Source: Acidimicrobiales bacterium (lineage in GTDB: Bacteria; Actinomycetota; Acidimicrobiia; Acidimicrobiales; SZUA-35). From it: 59,045 nt of DNA. The notes under the pieces were generated by a model. It was not told the origin of the DNA. It saw only the letters and a program-made list of their open reading frames with translations, and ran no database searches. How positions within the stretch are numbered: position 1 is the stretch's first letter; every line of letters begins with the position of its first letter. Shown here piece by piece: positions 37,869-48,495 of the stretch. The position numbers and the translations under genes were made by a program. The DNA is taken from NCBI GenBank assembly GCA_047971245.1, contig JBKDZN010000249.1, forward strand, positions 1 to 59,045, given 5' to 3'.

Positions 37869-38606
37869 ATGCCGAGCCTGACCACGGTGGAGTGGGGCCG
37901 ATACCAAGCGGTCCTGTTCGACCTCGACGGGGTCATCACCCCGACCGCGGATATCCACGAACGGGCCTGGGGTGAGTTGTTCGCCGACTACGGCTACACC
38001 TCCCAGGACTACCTGACCCACATCGACGGCAAGCCCCGCTACGAGGGGGTGCGGGCCTTCCTGGTCTCCCGCGACCTGCATCTGCCGTGGGGCGGAACCG
38101 ACGACGCACCCGGTGACACCACGGTCTGCGCCCTCGGGAACCGCAAGGACGAACTGTTCAACGCCATCCTGACCCGCGACCGGATCGCCCCCTATCCCGG
38201 CACCATCGCGGTGATGGAGACCCTTGACCGGCTGGGGATACCCCAGGCCGTCGTGTCCTCGTCGCGCAACGCCCGCCCGGTCCTGGCCGCGGCCGGCCTG
38301 GCCGGGCGGTTCGAGGTGGTGGTCGACGGGGTGACCGCGGCCCAGGAGGAGTTGGCGGGCAAGCCGTCACCCGAGATGTTCGAGTTCGCCGCCCGCCTCC
38401 TCGACGTCCCCACCCCGGGCTCGGTGGTGGTCGAGGACGCCGTGGCCGGGGTGAGCGCCGGAGCGGCCGGTGACTTCGGTCTGGTGGTCGGGGTCGACCG
38501 GGGCGACAACCACGACGCCCTCGTCGAGGCCGGGGCCGATCTGGTCATCGGCGATCTGGCCGACACGCTCGGTCCGGCCGCCTCGACGACGACCCGGGAG
38601 GGCTGA
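37869..38606 (+). CDS. HAD-family beta-phosphoglucomutase-like hydrolase
   Basis: FDLDGVIT, DGKPRYEG, SSSRN, GKP, VEDA; coupled to GH65. Confidence 0.9.
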   Translation: MPSLTTVEWGRYQAVLFDLDGVITPTADIHERAWGELFADYGYTSQDYLTHIDGKPRYEGVRAFLVSRDLHLPWGGTDDAPGDTTVCALGNRKDELFNAILTRDRIAPYPGTIAVMETLDRLGIPQAVVSSSRNARPVLAAAGLAGRFEVVVDGVTAAQEELAGKPSPEMFEFAARLLDVPTPGSVVVEDAVAGVSAGAAGDFGLVVGVDRGDNHDALVEAGADLVIGDLADTLGPAASTTTREG

Positions 38607-40990
38607 TGTCGTCGTTCATCGACCCGGCGGGCCTGCCCCCGCACCGGTTCCCCACCGACCCGTGGGCGCTGGTGGAGAGCGAGGTCGGCCTGGAGGATCT
38701 GGGCCTGACCGAAACCCTGTTCGCCGTCGGCAACGGCTACCTCGGGATGCGGGCCAACCCGGCCGAGGGGCGGGACGCCCACATGCACGGCACCTACCTG
38801 AACGGGTTCCACGAGACCTGGCCGATCCACCACGCCGAGAGCGCCTTCGCCTTCGCCAAGACCGGCCAGACCATCGTCAACGTGCCCGACGCCAAGCTCA
38901 TGAAGCTCTACGTCGACGACGAGCCGCTCCTGGTGGGCGACGCCGACCTCGAGGGGTACGAGCGCTCGGTCGACTTCCGCCGGGGTGGGTACCGGCGGGA
39001 ACTGGTGTGGCGGACCCCGTCCGGGAAACGGATCCGGGTGGTGACCACCCGGATGGTCAGCCTCGTCCATCGGCATGTGGCCGTGCTCACTCTGGAGCTC
39101 GAACTGCTCGACGGCGACGCCCCCGTACTGGTCTCGTCCCAGCTGCAGAACCGCCAGGACGGGGAGGATGAGTACCATGTGCGCGCCGCCGCCCTCGGTG
39201 AGGGCGGTGACCCCCGCCAAGCCCGCCGGTTCGACCGCCGGGTCCTGTTGCCCCGGCTCCACCGGGTCGCCGACGAGGGTGACTGTGGCGGCCAGGTCGT
39301 GCTCGGCTACCGGACCTCCGGGAGCGGGATGACCCTCGCCTGTGGCTACCAGCACGAGCTGGACACCAGCTGCGCCACCTCGATCGAGACCCATGTCGAC
39401 GCCGATCACGCCAAGACGGTGTTCACCATCGACGGGATCGCCCGGTCCCCGATCCGGATCACCAAGTACGTGAGCTACCACTCGTCGCGCGGGGTACCCC
39501 CCGAGGAGCTGGCCGACCGGTGCGGCCGGACCCTGCGCCGGGCCCGGAAGGACGGTCTGGACCGGTTGCGGGCGGCCCAGGCCGATTGGCTGGACGGGTT
39601 CTGGCGGACCGCGGATGTGGAGATCGATGGCGACCCGGCGGCCCAGCAGGCGGTGCGGTGGAACCTGTTCCAGCTCGCCCAGGCCTCGGCCTGCGCCAAC
39701 GAGCAGGGGATCGCGGCCAAGGCGGTCACGGGAGGCGGCTACGACGGCCACTACTTCTGGGACACCGAGGCCTATGTGGTGCCGTTCCTGGCGTACACCA
39801 ATCCCGACGCGGCCCGGAAGCTGTTGCGGTTCCGCTACCACATGCTCGATGCGGCCCGGACCCGGGCGGCGGAGCTGTCGCAGCGGGGCGCTCTCTACCC
39901 GTGGCGGACGATCAACGGTGAGGAGGCGTCCGCCTACTACGCGGCCGGGACGGCCCAGTATCACATCAACGCCGCGGTGGCCCTGGCCATCCACCGGTAC
40001 GTGGCCGGATCCGGTGACTACGAGTTCCTCCGGGGCGAGGGGGCCGAGATGCTGGTGGAGACGGCCCGGCTCTGGGAGGACCTGGGGTTCTACGCCGTCA
40101 ACGGCGACCGGGTGTTCCGCATCCATGGGGTCACCGGCCCCGACGAGTACACCACCGTCGTCAACGACAACCTGTACACGAACGTGATGGCCCGGTTCAA
40201 TCTGCGGTACGCGGCCGACGCCGTCAGCCTCCTGGCCGACGTCGACCCCGACGGCTACGACGCCTTGCAGCGGGTCACCGGCCTGACCCCCGCCGAGGCC
40301 GAGCGGTGGCGGTCGGCGGCGGACGCCATGTTCCTGCCCTTCGACGAGGAGCTCGGCATCCACCCCCAGGACGACGCCTTCCTCGACCTCGAACCGTGGG
40401 ATTTCGCCGGGACCCCTCCGGAGCAGTACCCCCTGCTGCTCCACTACCACCCGCTGGTCATCTACCGGCACCAGGTGTTGAAACAGGCCGACGTGGTGCT
40501 GGCCATGTTCCTCCAGGGCGACCACTTCAGCCTGGAGCAGAAGCGCCGCAACTTCGAGTACTACGACCCGATGACCACCGGCGACTCGTCACTGTCGGCG
40601 TGCGTCCAGGCCATCGTGGCCGCGGAGGTCGGCCTCCACGACCTCGCCCTGCGCTACTTCCACCAGTCGCTGTATCTCGACCTGCTCGACACCCACGGCA
40701 ACACCGCGGATGGGGTGCACGTGGCCAACGCCGGCGGGGTCTGGTCGGCGGTGGTGTACGGCTTCGCCGGGATGAACGACTGGGGTGAGGGTCTCCGGTT
40801 CATGTCCCGGTTGCCCGAATCGTGGGACGGCATCCGGTTCCGGCTCCTGCGCCAGGGTTCCCTGCTCGAGGTCACGGTGGGCCACGAGGCCGTGTCGGTT
40901 GCGGTGCTCGACGGTCCACCGGTGGTCGTCGACGTCGGGGGCGGCCCCGTCGAGGTGGCCCCGGTCGACGAACTACCCCTCCTGAGCTGA
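38606..40990 (+). CDS. Glycoside hydrolase family 65 (maltose/trehalose/kojibiose phosphorylase-like)
   Basis: GNGYLGMR, GYDGHYFWDTE, GPDEY, KQAD, DSSLS. Confidence 0.95.
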   Translation: MSSFIDPAGLPPHRFPTDPWALVESEVGLEDLGLTETLFAVGNGYLGMRANPAEGRDAHMHGTYLNGFHETWPIHHAESAFAFAKTGQTIVNVPDAKLMKLYVDDEPLLVGDADLEGYERSVDFRRGGYRRELVWRTPSGKRIRVVTTRMVSLVHRHVAVLTLELELLDGDAPVLVSSQLQNRQDGEDEYHVRAAALGEGGDPRQARRFDRRVLLPRLHRVADEGDCGGQVVLGYRTSGSGMTLACGYQHELDTSCATSIETHVDADHAKTVFTIDGIARSPIRITKYVSYHSSRGVPPEELADRCGRTLRRARKDGLDRLRAAQADWLDGFWRTADVEIDGDPAAQQAVRWNLFQLAQASACANEQGIAAKAVTGGGYDGHYFWDTEAYVVPFLAYTNPDAARKLLRFRYHMLDAARTRAAELSQRGALYPWRTINGEEASAYYAAGTAQYHINAAVALAIHRYVAGSGDYEFLRGEGAEMLVETARLWEDLGFYAVNGDRVFRIHGVTGPDEYTTVVNDNLYTNVMARFNLRYAADAVSLLADVDPDGYDALQRVTGLTPAEAERWRSAADAMFLPFDEELGIHPQDDAFLDLEPWDFAGTPPEQYPLLLHYHPLVIYRHQVLKQADVVLAMFLQGDHFSLEQKRRNFEYYDPMTTGDSSLSACVQAIVAAEVGLHDLALRYFHQSLYLDLLDTHGNTADGVHVANAGGVWSAVVYGFAGMNDWGEGLRFMSRLPESWDGIRFRLLRQGSLLEVTVGHEAVSVAVLDGPPVVVDVGGGPVEVAPVDELPLLS

Positions 40991-41002
40991 GCGCGGCCCC
41001 CC

Positions 41003-42307
41003 TCAGGATCGCCGGATGGCGGAGAACGGCTGATCCTTGTCGACTCGGGCCTCGGCCGGGAGACCGAGGACCCGCTCGCCGACGACGTTCCGCTGGATCT
41101 CGTCGGTCCCGCCCGCGATCGACATGCCGGAGATCGACAGGGCGATCTGGGTGACGAGCCCGTCCTCGGGGGCGTCGTCACCGGCCAACATCCCCGCCGG
41201 GCCCAGCGCGGCGAGGGCCAGTTCCCGCCAGCGGCGCATCAGGTCGACGGCGGCCAACTTGGTCAGTGAGATCTCCGGGCCCGGTTGGTAGCCGGCCCGG
41301 GCCGCGGCGGCCACCCGTAGGGCGGTGTAGCGGGTGATCTCATAGCGCGACCAGATCTCCATGGCCTGTTGGCGTCGGACCGGGTCGTCCAGGAGGCCGC
41401 CCCGGCGGAGGAGGTCGACGAGCAGCGCCCAGGCCTCCGCCGCCTTGGGCATGTAGCCCCGGGTGCCGTCGTTGAGCTCCCCCGAGGCGTAGCGACCGAC
41501 CGGCGCGTCGAGGTCGAGGGCGTGCTGGATACCGGCCTCGGCGTCGGGGTCGAGCGATCCCCGTTCGTGGGAGAGGAGGCGGAGGGTGACGCCCCAGCCG
41601 TGGTTGACCTCGCCGATGACGTTGCCGGCCGGGACGGTGGCGTCGGTGAGGAACACCTCGTTGAACTCGGCGTCACCGGTCATCTGGACCAGGGGCCGGG
41701 GTTCCACGCCGGGCTGATCCATCTCGATGATGAAGAAGGTGAGACCCCGGTGCTTGGGGACGTCAGGGTTGGTGCGGGCGACGAGGATGGCCCGCTGGGC
41801 GTAGTGACCACCCGAGGTCCACACCTTCTGCCCGTTGACCACCCACTGGTCGCCGTCGAGCACGGCCCGGGTGCTCAACCCGGCCAGGTCGGAGCCGGCT
41901 CCCGGCTCGGAGAACAACTGGCACCACACGTCGGTCCCGGTGACGATGCCGGGCAACCAGGCCTGCTTCTGTTCCTCGGTGCCCATCTCCACCAGGAGCG
42001 GGGCGACCATCATGGTGGCGATCCCCCGGGGCGGGCCGAAGGCACCGGCCCGGCGCACGGCTGCCGCCACCTCGGCCTCGGCCTCGGGTCCGAGGCCCCG
42101 TCCGAACCAGTCGGTCGGGAAGTGGGGGAATCCCCAGCCGGATTCAGCCAGCCGACGCCACCACACACCGAGGGGGAGCTCGGGATCCCAGTTGGCGGCC
42201 AACCACGCATCGGCCTCGGCGCCGATCCCGGTCCGGCCGGCCGGGGCGGGCGGGTCGGTGCTGTCGGCGCCGTCGGGTGCATGGGGCGGGTCGTTGGGGT
42301 CATCCAC
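41003..42307 (-). CDS. Acyl-CoA dehydrogenase
   Basis: WCQLFSEPGAGSDLA, NGQKVWTS, FNEVFL, IAGGTDEIQRN. Confidence 0.95.
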   Translation of the reverse strand: MDDPNDPPHAPDGADSTDPPAPAGRTGIGAEADAWLAANWDPELPLGVWWRRLAESGWGFPHFPTDWFGRGLGPEAEAEVAAAVRRAGAFGPPRGIATMMVAPLLVEMGTEEQKQAWLPGIVTGTDVWCQLFSEPGAGSDLAGLSTRAVLDGDQWVVNGQKVWTSGGHYAQRAILVARTNPDVPKHRGLTFFIIEMDQPGVEPRPLVQMTGDAEFNEVFLTDATVPAGNVIGEVNHGWGVTLRLLSHERGSLDPDAEAGIQHALDLDAPVGRYASGELNDGTRGYMPKAAEAWALLVDLLRRGGLLDDPVRRQQAMEIWSRYEITRYTALRVAAAARAGYQPGPEISLTKLAAVDLMRRWRELALAALGPAGMLAGDDAPEDGLVTQIALSISGMSIAGGTDEIQRNVVGERVLGLPAEARVDKDQPFSAIRRS

Positions 42308-42344
42308 AGTCTCGGGTCTCCATCCTCGGAGCTAGGGTCCACCT

Positions 42345-42923
42345 ATGGGCTACACCAAGGCGGAGCTCGAGCGCTACCGGGACGCCACGGTCCCCGACCT
42401 GGTCGGCCCTGGACTGCGGCTCCTGTTCGTCGGGATCAACCCGGGCCTGTGGACCGCGGCGACCCAGACCCATTTCGCCCACCCCTCGAATCGCTTCTAC
42501 CCGGCCTTGTACGCCGCCGGCCTGATCGACCATCCGATCGACCCGGCCGCCGGCATGGACGACGCGGACCGGGCCGACCTGATCGGGCGGGGCATCGGCA
42601 TCACCAATCTGGTCGCCCGGGCCACCGCCCGGGCCGGTGAGCTGACCACCAGCGAGCTCCGGGCCGGCGGCGAACGGCTGGTGGCCCACGTGGCCGCCTG
42701 GCGGCCCGTGGTGGTGGCCGTGGCCGGGGTGACCGCCTACCGGAGCGCGTTCGGTGAACGGCAGGCCAAGCCGGGCCGCCAACCACACGACCTGGCCGGG
42801 GCCGAACTGTGGGTGGTACCCAATCCGAGTGGGCTCAACGCCCACGAGACCGTCGGGTCCCTGGCCGCCCGCTACGCCGAGGTCGGTCGGGCCGCCGGTA
42901 TCGCGGGCCGGGACGATGCCTGA
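42345..42923 (+). CDS. mug: G/U mismatch-specific DNA glycosylase
   Basis: GINPG, HFAHPSNRF, GITNLV, PNPSGLN. Confidence 0.9.
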   Translation: MGYTKAELERYRDATVPDLVGPGLRLLFVGINPGLWTAATQTHFAHPSNRFYPALYAAGLIDHPIDPAAGMDDADRADLIGRGIGITNLVARATARAGELTTSELRAGGERLVAHVAAWRPVVVAVAGVTAYRSAFGERQAKPGRQPHDLAGAELWVVPNPSGLNAHETVGSLAARYAEVGRAAGIAGRDDA

Positions 42924-42971
42924 GTGGGGGAGGCCCCGGGTTCCGGTGGTCGGGGTGGGATCGGTGGACGG

Positions 42972-43238
42972 TCAGGCGTTGTTGCGGACCGCAGCCCGGT
43001 AGACCAGCAGGGCGATGGCGGCGCCGATCACCGAACCGACGAAGCCCGAAGCCCGAATGGTCCCGTCGGACAGCTCGTAGCCGAAGGCGATGAGGCCGAC
43101 GAACCCACCCAGGAACGACCCCATGAGCCCGAGGACCAGGGTGCCGAGCAGCGACATCGGATCGGGACCGGGGACGAGGGCCCGGGCGATGTAGCCGGCG
43201 ATCAGGCCCACGATGAGGAACATGATGAGTGCGGCCAC
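42972..43238 (-). CDS. GlsB/YeaQ/YmgE (transglycosylase-associated) membrane protein
   Basis: GLIAGYIARALVPG, LGLMGSFLGG, GSVIGA; GGAGG RBS before GTG 43238. Confidence 0.88.
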   Translation of the reverse strand: MAALIMFLIVGLIAGYIARALVPGPDPMSLLGTLVLGLMGSFLGGFVGLIAFGYELSDGTIRASGFVGSVIGAAIALLVYRAAVRNNA

Positions 43239-43346
43239 GGATGCCTCCCCCGGGTGGCGACGGTTCGGTCGGCCCGGCCGGGTCGGGCCGGGGCCGGGTC
43301 GATGGTGGCACGCCCGGGCCGGTTCTGCCACCCGGACGCGGGCCGG

Positions 43347-44471
43347 CTACGACGACGCCGCGGCGGCCGGTTCGGCGTCGATGGCCAGGGCCCCGGCCTT
43401 GAGGCGGGGGATGAGCTCTTCCCCGAAGGTCGTGGCGTCGTTGAGCGGATCGAAACCCCGGATCAGGATGTGGCTGAGATCCCCCAGCCGGTAGTAGGCC
43501 AGGAGCGAGTCGGCCACCTGCTCGGCCGTACCCACCAGGCACGATGTGTTCCCCGGCGCCCCGGTCGCGGCCGCGATCCGCATCCAGAGCCGTTCGTCGT
43601 GGACATCGGCGGCGGCCGCGTGGGCGAGCATCCGCTCGCCACTGTGGTCGAAGGCCCGCCGGGGCCGTCGGGCCCCTGCCGCCGCGGGGCGCGGGCGCTT
43701 CTGGCCGGAACCGCCCTCGATCCCGGCCAGGATGGCGTTGGCTCGGTCCCAGGCCTCACCCTCGGTGGCACCCAGGATCGGCCGGACGCTGAGGGAGAAC
43801 GACGCCGACCGGCCGTGGCGGGCGGCCCGGGCCCGGTAGTCGTCGAATCGGGCCGAGATCTCCGCCCGGGGCTCGGCGAACAGGGCGTACACGTCGCACC
43901 GGGTCGCGCCCATCTCCACCGCCTCGGGGGACGACCCGCCGAAGAACACCGGCGGCGCGGGCTGCTGGTAGGGCCGGACGTCGGAGCGGACATCCGACAT
44001 CTCGTAGTAGGTGCCGTGGTGGTCGAACGGTTCGGTTGCCGTCCACGTCCGGCGCATCACGTCGATGTACTCGGCCGCCCGGGCGTACCGGCCCGCCTTG
44101 TCGAGATAGTCCCCGTCCCGCCGCTGGTCGTGGTCGCCGGCGCCGGCGATGATGTGGAGGGCGAACCGGCCCTGGCTGAGCCGGTCGAACGTGGCCGCCT
44201 TGCGGGCGGCGAGGGTGGGGGAGACGAACCCGGGACGGTGGGCGATCAGGTAGCCGAGCCGTTCGGTGTGGGCCGCGGCGTGGGTCGCCACCGTCCAACC
44301 ATCGGCTGAGGTGGAGGTGTAGCCCACGAGCACCAGGTCGAACCCGGCCCGTTCGTGGGTCCGGGCGTACTCCACCAGATGCTCGGGAGAGACGCCCCCG
44401 TCGATCACATGGACGGTGGCCCCGCCGGCGGGGCGGGTCACGCCGATCATCCCGATCACGTTCACTGGCAT
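43347..44471 (-). CDS. LLM-class flavin-dependent monooxygenase (SsuD-like)
   Basis: HERAGFDLVL, IAHRPGF, ATFDRLSQGR, FFGGSS, LVGTAEQVA. Confidence 0.9.
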   Translation of the reverse strand: MPVNVIGMIGVTRPAGGATVHVIDGGVSPEHLVEYARTHERAGFDLVLVGYTSTSADGWTVATHAAAHTERLGYLIAHRPGFVSPTLAARKAATFDRLSQGRFALHIIAGAGDHDQRRDGDYLDKAGRYARAAEYIDVMRRTWTATEPFDHHGTYYEMSDVRSDVRPYQQPAPPVFFGGSSPEAVEMGATRCDVYALFAEPRAEISARFDDYRARAARHGRSASFSLSVRPILGATEGEAWDRANAILAGIEGGSGQKRPRPAAAGARRPRRAFDHSGERMLAHAAAADVHDERLWMRIAAATGAPGNTSCLVGTAEQVADSLLAYYRLGDLSHILIRGFDPLNDATTFGEELIPRLKAGALAIDAEPAAAASS

Positions 44472-44566
44472 GGCGCCGACCCTACGGCACCGGGCCGATC
44501 GGCTCCCAGTCGACCGCTCGGCGCCGGGGACGGGCCGGGCCCCGATCGTTGACCTACGATGCGGCC

Positions 44567-45028
44567 ATGGCGAACGAACAACCGGCCGTCCACGACTACC
44601 CGGCCGCCGGCATCGTGGTGCACTGGCAGCCCGACCTGTGCCGGCACGCCGCCGAATGCACCCGGACGTTGCCCCAGGTGTTCGATCCCGGTAACCGGCC
44701 CTGGGTCGACGTGGGCGCCGCGAGTGGTGACGCGATCGCCGCCGCGATCGACCGTTGCCCGAGTGGGGCGTTGTCGTACACCCGGATCTCCCCTGAGGGT
44801 TCCGGTGCCGCCGCGGCCGCCCCGGCCGGGACCGCCGATGCCCCCGTGGTGGTGACCGTCATGGCCGACGGGCCGAACGTGCTGCGGGGCCCGGTGGAGA
44901 TCCGCAACGACGCCGGTGACCTGATCAGGGCGGCGGACCGGGTGTCACTGTGTCGCTGCGGGGCGAGCGACAACAAGCCGTTCTGCGACGGCAGTCATAC
45001 CCGCGTCGGGTTCCGAGACCCGGCCTGA
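44567..45028 (+). CDS. Divergent 4Fe-4S mono-cluster (Fer4_19) + CDGSH iron-sulfur domain protein
   Basis: CRHAAEC..VFDP..RPW..CPSGAL and LCRCGASDNKPFCDGSH. Confidence 0.9.
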   Translation: MANEQPAVHDYPAAGIVVHWQPDLCRHAAECTRTLPQVFDPGNRPWVDVGAASGDAIAAAIDRCPSGALSYTRISPEGSGAAAAAPAGTADAPVVVTVMADGPNVLRGPVEIRNDAGDLIRAADRVSLCRCGASDNKPFCDGSHTRVGFRDPA

Positions 45029-45094
45029 CGTCGGATCATCGCCGGTGGATCGGCGCCGACGGCTCGGCCCCGGGGGCTCGGGCACGGACGGCGC

Positions 45095-46144
45095 TCAGGC
45101 CGTCCCGAGTCGGTCGAGCCATCGGTCGCCGTCGGCCCCGATCGTTCCCACCACCACCATCGTCCCCGGCCCGTTGTCCGGGCCGACGGCGGGATCGAAC
45201 GGGGTGATCGTCCAGCGGGCACCCACCGCCCGGACCACTACCCAGTGGCCCGGGTCATCCGGGCCGGAACCGAGCCGGACGGCCCCCTTCACCCGGTGGA
45301 GGTCGGTGGGTAGATCGTCCATCGCCGCCTCCACCCGGCCCCGTTCGAGGGGTCGGTCCCACTGCCGGGTCCACGAGCGGAAGCCGTGGTCGGTGGGATG
45401 GGTCGCACCACCCGGAGCCCGGCCGGCGCCGGTTCCGCCGGCTTCGTCGACCCCGGCCTCCCCGTCCCCGGCGTCTCCGGAGGTGTCGGCGGTGTCGGGG
45501 AGGCCCGGAATCGACGACGGGCCGACCAGCATCGACAGGGGCACCCGGGAGGCCACCCCGGCCACCTGGTGGATCCCCGGGGCCTGGGCGGCCAGCCAGA
45601 CCTGCACCTCGGCCACCCGGTCGGCCGGCACCAGATCGATCTTGTTGACCAGGAGAAGATCGGCGGAGCGGAGCTGACGCCGGACCATGTCGCCCACGTA
45701 CCGGTCTCCGGCCCGGCGGCGGACGGTCTCGACGTCGACCAGTACCAGGACCCCGTCGAGGACGAACCCCGGGACCGTTGCGTACGCGGCCACGGTGCCG
45801 GGGTCCGACACCCCACTGGTCTCCACCAGCAGCCGGTCGGGTCGTGGCTCGGCCCGCCTGACCTGGTCGAGGGCGGCGGCGAGGCCGTCCACCAGGCTGC
45901 AACAGATGCACCCGTTGGCCAGGGTCATCGTCTCACCGTCACGGGCCACGACGAGGCTCTCGTCGACGGCAATGTCCCCGAACTCGTTGACGAGCACGGC
46001 GATCCGTCCCTCGGCGTTGGCCAGCACCCGGTTGATCAGGGTCGTCTTGCCGGCGCCGAGGTAGCCGCCCACCACCGTCATCGCGATCGGTCCCGGCCCC
46101 GGATCCGCTCCGGGCGGCGCGCCGGTCCGGTCGCCGGTGGTCAC
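45095..46144 (-). CDS. COG0523 / CobW-family metallochaperone GTPase
   Basis: GYLGAGKTT, VNEFG, NGCICC, ETSG, NKID, RVKG. Confidence 0.92.
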   Translation of the reverse strand: MTTGDRTGAPPGADPGPGPIAMTVVGGYLGAGKTTLINRVLANAEGRIAVLVNEFGDIAVDESLVVARDGETMTLANGCICCSLVDGLAAALDQVRRAEPRPDRLLVETSGVSDPGTVAAYATVPGFVLDGVLVLVDVETVRRRAGDRYVGDMVRRQLRSADLLLVNKIDLVPADRVAEVQVWLAAQAPGIHQVAGVASRVPLSMLVGPSSIPGLPDTADTSGDAGDGEAGVDEAGGTGAGRAPGGATHPTDHGFRSWTRQWDRPLERGRVEAAMDDLPTDLHRVKGAVRLGSGPDDPGHWVVVRAVGARWTITPFDPAVGPDNGPGTMVVVGTIGADGDRWLDRLGTA

Positions 46145-47847
46145 GGGACGGCCACCGTCCCGGCCCCCGGTTGGGGGATGCCGCCGAGCACGGTGCCCCA
46201 CACCCCGATCCCGGCCAGACCGGCGGGCTCAACGGTGAGGGGGTCGTCGTCGAGCACGGCGAAGTCGGCCAGTTTCCCGGCCTCGATGCTGCCGATCTCG
46301 TGGTCGAGGCCGAGCTGGTGGGCGGCGCCGAGGGTGATGGCCTCCAGGGCCGCCCCCACCGGGATCCGTTCCTCCGGGCCGAGCACCCGACCCGACGCGG
46401 TGAGCCGGTTGACCGCGCACCAGGCCGTGTGGAGCTGGCCCATGGGGGTGACCGGGGTGTCGGCGTGAATGGCGAACCGGACCCCTTCACGACGGGCGGT
46501 GGCGCAGGCGTCCATGGCGGCCGCCCGGTCGGGTCCGAGGGTGACGTCACGGTGCTGGTCACCCCAGTAGAAGATGTGGTTGGAGAAGATGTTGGCCTCC
46601 ATCCCCAGCGCCGCCATCCGCCGGTACTGGGCCGGGGTGGTGAGCTGGCAGTGCTGCACGGTGTGGCGGTGATCGGCGCGGGGATGACGTTCGAGGGCGG
46701 TGGCCACCGCGTCGATGAACACTTCGGAGGCCTCGTCGCCGTTGCAGTGGCAGTGGACGATCAGGCCGGCCCGGTGGAGCTCGGTGACCAGGTCGGCCAT
46801 CCGTTCCGGGGGTACCAGCCACAGGCCGTTGCCGGGGTGGCCCTCCGGTGGGCGGTAGTAGTGGGGCCAGCTGATCCGGGCGGTGAACCCCTGGATCGAC
46901 CCGTCCAGGATGATCTTGGCGATCCCGAACCGGAGCTTGCGGTTGCCGATCGCCTCCATCTCAGCGGACAGGTCGGCCACCAGGGCCCCCAGCTCGGCCG
47001 GATCGATCTGGGCCAGGCCGGGCGCCGCGGCCACCATCACCCGGACCGGGAAGTCGGGCTGGGCGGTGACCGCCTTCCACGCGTCGAGCTGGCGGGGTCG
47101 GTCGATGGCCGTCGTCCCCAGATCGGTGACGGCGGTCTGACCGGTGTTGCGGGCCTCGTCGGCGTAGGCTCGGATGGCGTCGGGCCCGTGCATCGACCGG
47201 AACATGGCGGGATAGGCGGCCGAGGCGAGCATCATCGCCGCCGGCTCCTGCAGTTCGCCGTTGGGCCGACCGTCGGGACCCTTGGCCACGCCGGGGGTGG
47301 GAGTCGAGGCGTCGATGTGTTCCCGCTGGAGCATGGCGGTGTTGACGGTGGCCAGGTGCCCACTGGCGTGATACACGAAGATGGGGCGCCGGTCCGACAC
47401 CTGGTCGAGATGGCGGGCCACCAGCCGTTCCCCGGTGAAGTAGATCGGGTCGAGCCCCCAGGCGATCAGTGGGGCGTCCGGGTCGTCCAGCTCCTTCTCG
47501 TACCGGCGCAGCAGCTCGATCACGGTGGCGATGTCATGCGCCCCGGGCCAGTGGCGGCCGTCGGGCCCCGTCCGGTCGAACCAGCCGATGTAGGGGTAGT
47601 CCCACATCCCACCGCTCATGACGTGGGTGTGGGCCTCCACGAAACCGGGGAGCAGCACCCGATCGGCGAAGCGGCGGTCGACCGTATGGTCGCCCCAGGA
47701 GGCCAGCTCCTCGACGGTGCCCACACCGAGGATGCGTTCACCCCGGACCGCCACCGCGTCGGCCGTGGGGACCGCCGGATTCATGGTGATCACCCGTCGG
47801 GCCGAATAGCTGGTCGTGGTCGCCGTCGGATCAGTGATGGCGGTCAC
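46141..47847 (-). CDS. Metal-dependent amidohydrolase (Amidohydro_3/YtcJ-like)
   Basis: PGFVEAHTH, KIILDGSIQG, HCNGD, HTVQH, HADTPV, GSIEAGKLADF; start placed at GTG 47847, 7 nt after a TATGGT -10 box. Confidence 0.9.
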   Translation of the reverse strand: MTAITDPTATTTSYSARRVITMNPAVPTADAVAVRGERILGVGTVEELASWGDHTVDRRFADRVLLPGFVEAHTHVMSGGMWDYPYIGWFDRTGPDGRHWPGAHDIATVIELLRRYEKELDDPDAPLIAWGLDPIYFTGERLVARHLDQVSDRRPIFVYHASGHLATVNTAMLQREHIDASTPTPGVAKGPDGRPNGELQEPAAMMLASAAYPAMFRSMHGPDAIRAYADEARNTGQTAVTDLGTTAIDRPRQLDAWKAVTAQPDFPVRVMVAAAPGLAQIDPAELGALVADLSAEMEAIGNRKLRFGIAKIILDGSIQGFTARISWPHYYRPPEGHPGNGLWLVPPERMADLVTELHRAGLIVHCHCNGDEASEVFIDAVATALERHPRADHRHTVQHCQLTTPAQYRRMAALGMEANIFSNHIFYWGDQHRDVTLGPDRAAAMDACATARREGVRFAIHADTPVTPMGQLHTAWCAVNRLTASGRVLGPEERIPVGAALEAITLGAAHQLGLDHEIGSIEAGKLADFAVLDDDPLTVEPAGLAGIGVWGTVLGGIPQPGAGTVAVP

Positions 47848-47992
47848 CGCGGCAACCATAACCACTGGCTCCGACCGCGGGCCCGGCAGTGCCGGCCGGT
47901 AGCGTTCCAGGTCCGGATTCCACCGATTCCCGGACCCGCGGGTCCGCTCGGGAGCACCCCGTTCGGAGCCGCCCGGCAGACAGGGAGCAGCC

Positions 47993-48490
47993 ATGCGTGA
48001 CACCGGTCGAGTTCGATACCGACCCGGAACCCGGTTCATCGGGGCGGCCGTGTTGGCGGTCCTGGTCGGCGCCGGGGTCCTGGCCGGGTGCGGCTCCGAC
48101 GAGGGGACCGACGCCGGGGCGACGACCACCGATGTCCTGTTGGCCGGGGAGACGGGAACGGCCGCGGCCGAACCAGGCCTGATCACCCCGGAGCAGGGGG
48201 CCGCGCTGGCCGCCGACGATTCGGTCGTCGTCATCGACGTCCGGACGCCCCAGGAGTTCGAGGCGGGCCACCTCGCCGGGGCGATCGACATCGACATCGA
48301 GGGCCCGGACTTCGCCGGCCAGATCGCCGAACTCGACCCGGCCCAGCCGTATCTCGTCTACTGCCGGTCCGGGAACCGGTCGGCCGCGGCCACCGAGCAG
48401 ATGCGGGCCGCCGGGTTCGACCAGGTCTACGAGATCGACGGTGGGGTGATCAGCTGGGAGGCCGCCGGCCTGCCCCTGACCACCGACTGA
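47993..48490 (+). CDS. Rhodanese-domain lipoprotein
   Basis: Signal peptide with lipobox LAGC; IDVRTPQEF..GHL, YCRSGNRS, GGVISW. Confidence 0.9.
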   Translation: MRDTGRVRYRPGTRFIGAAVLAVLVGAGVLAGCGSDEGTDAGATTTDVLLAGETGTAAAEPGLITPEQGAALAADDSVVVIDVRTPQEFEAGHLAGAIDIDIEGPDFAGQIAELDPAQPYLVYCRSGNRSAAATEQMRAAGFDQVYEIDGGVISWEAAGLPLTTD

Positions 48491-48495
48491 GCGTC

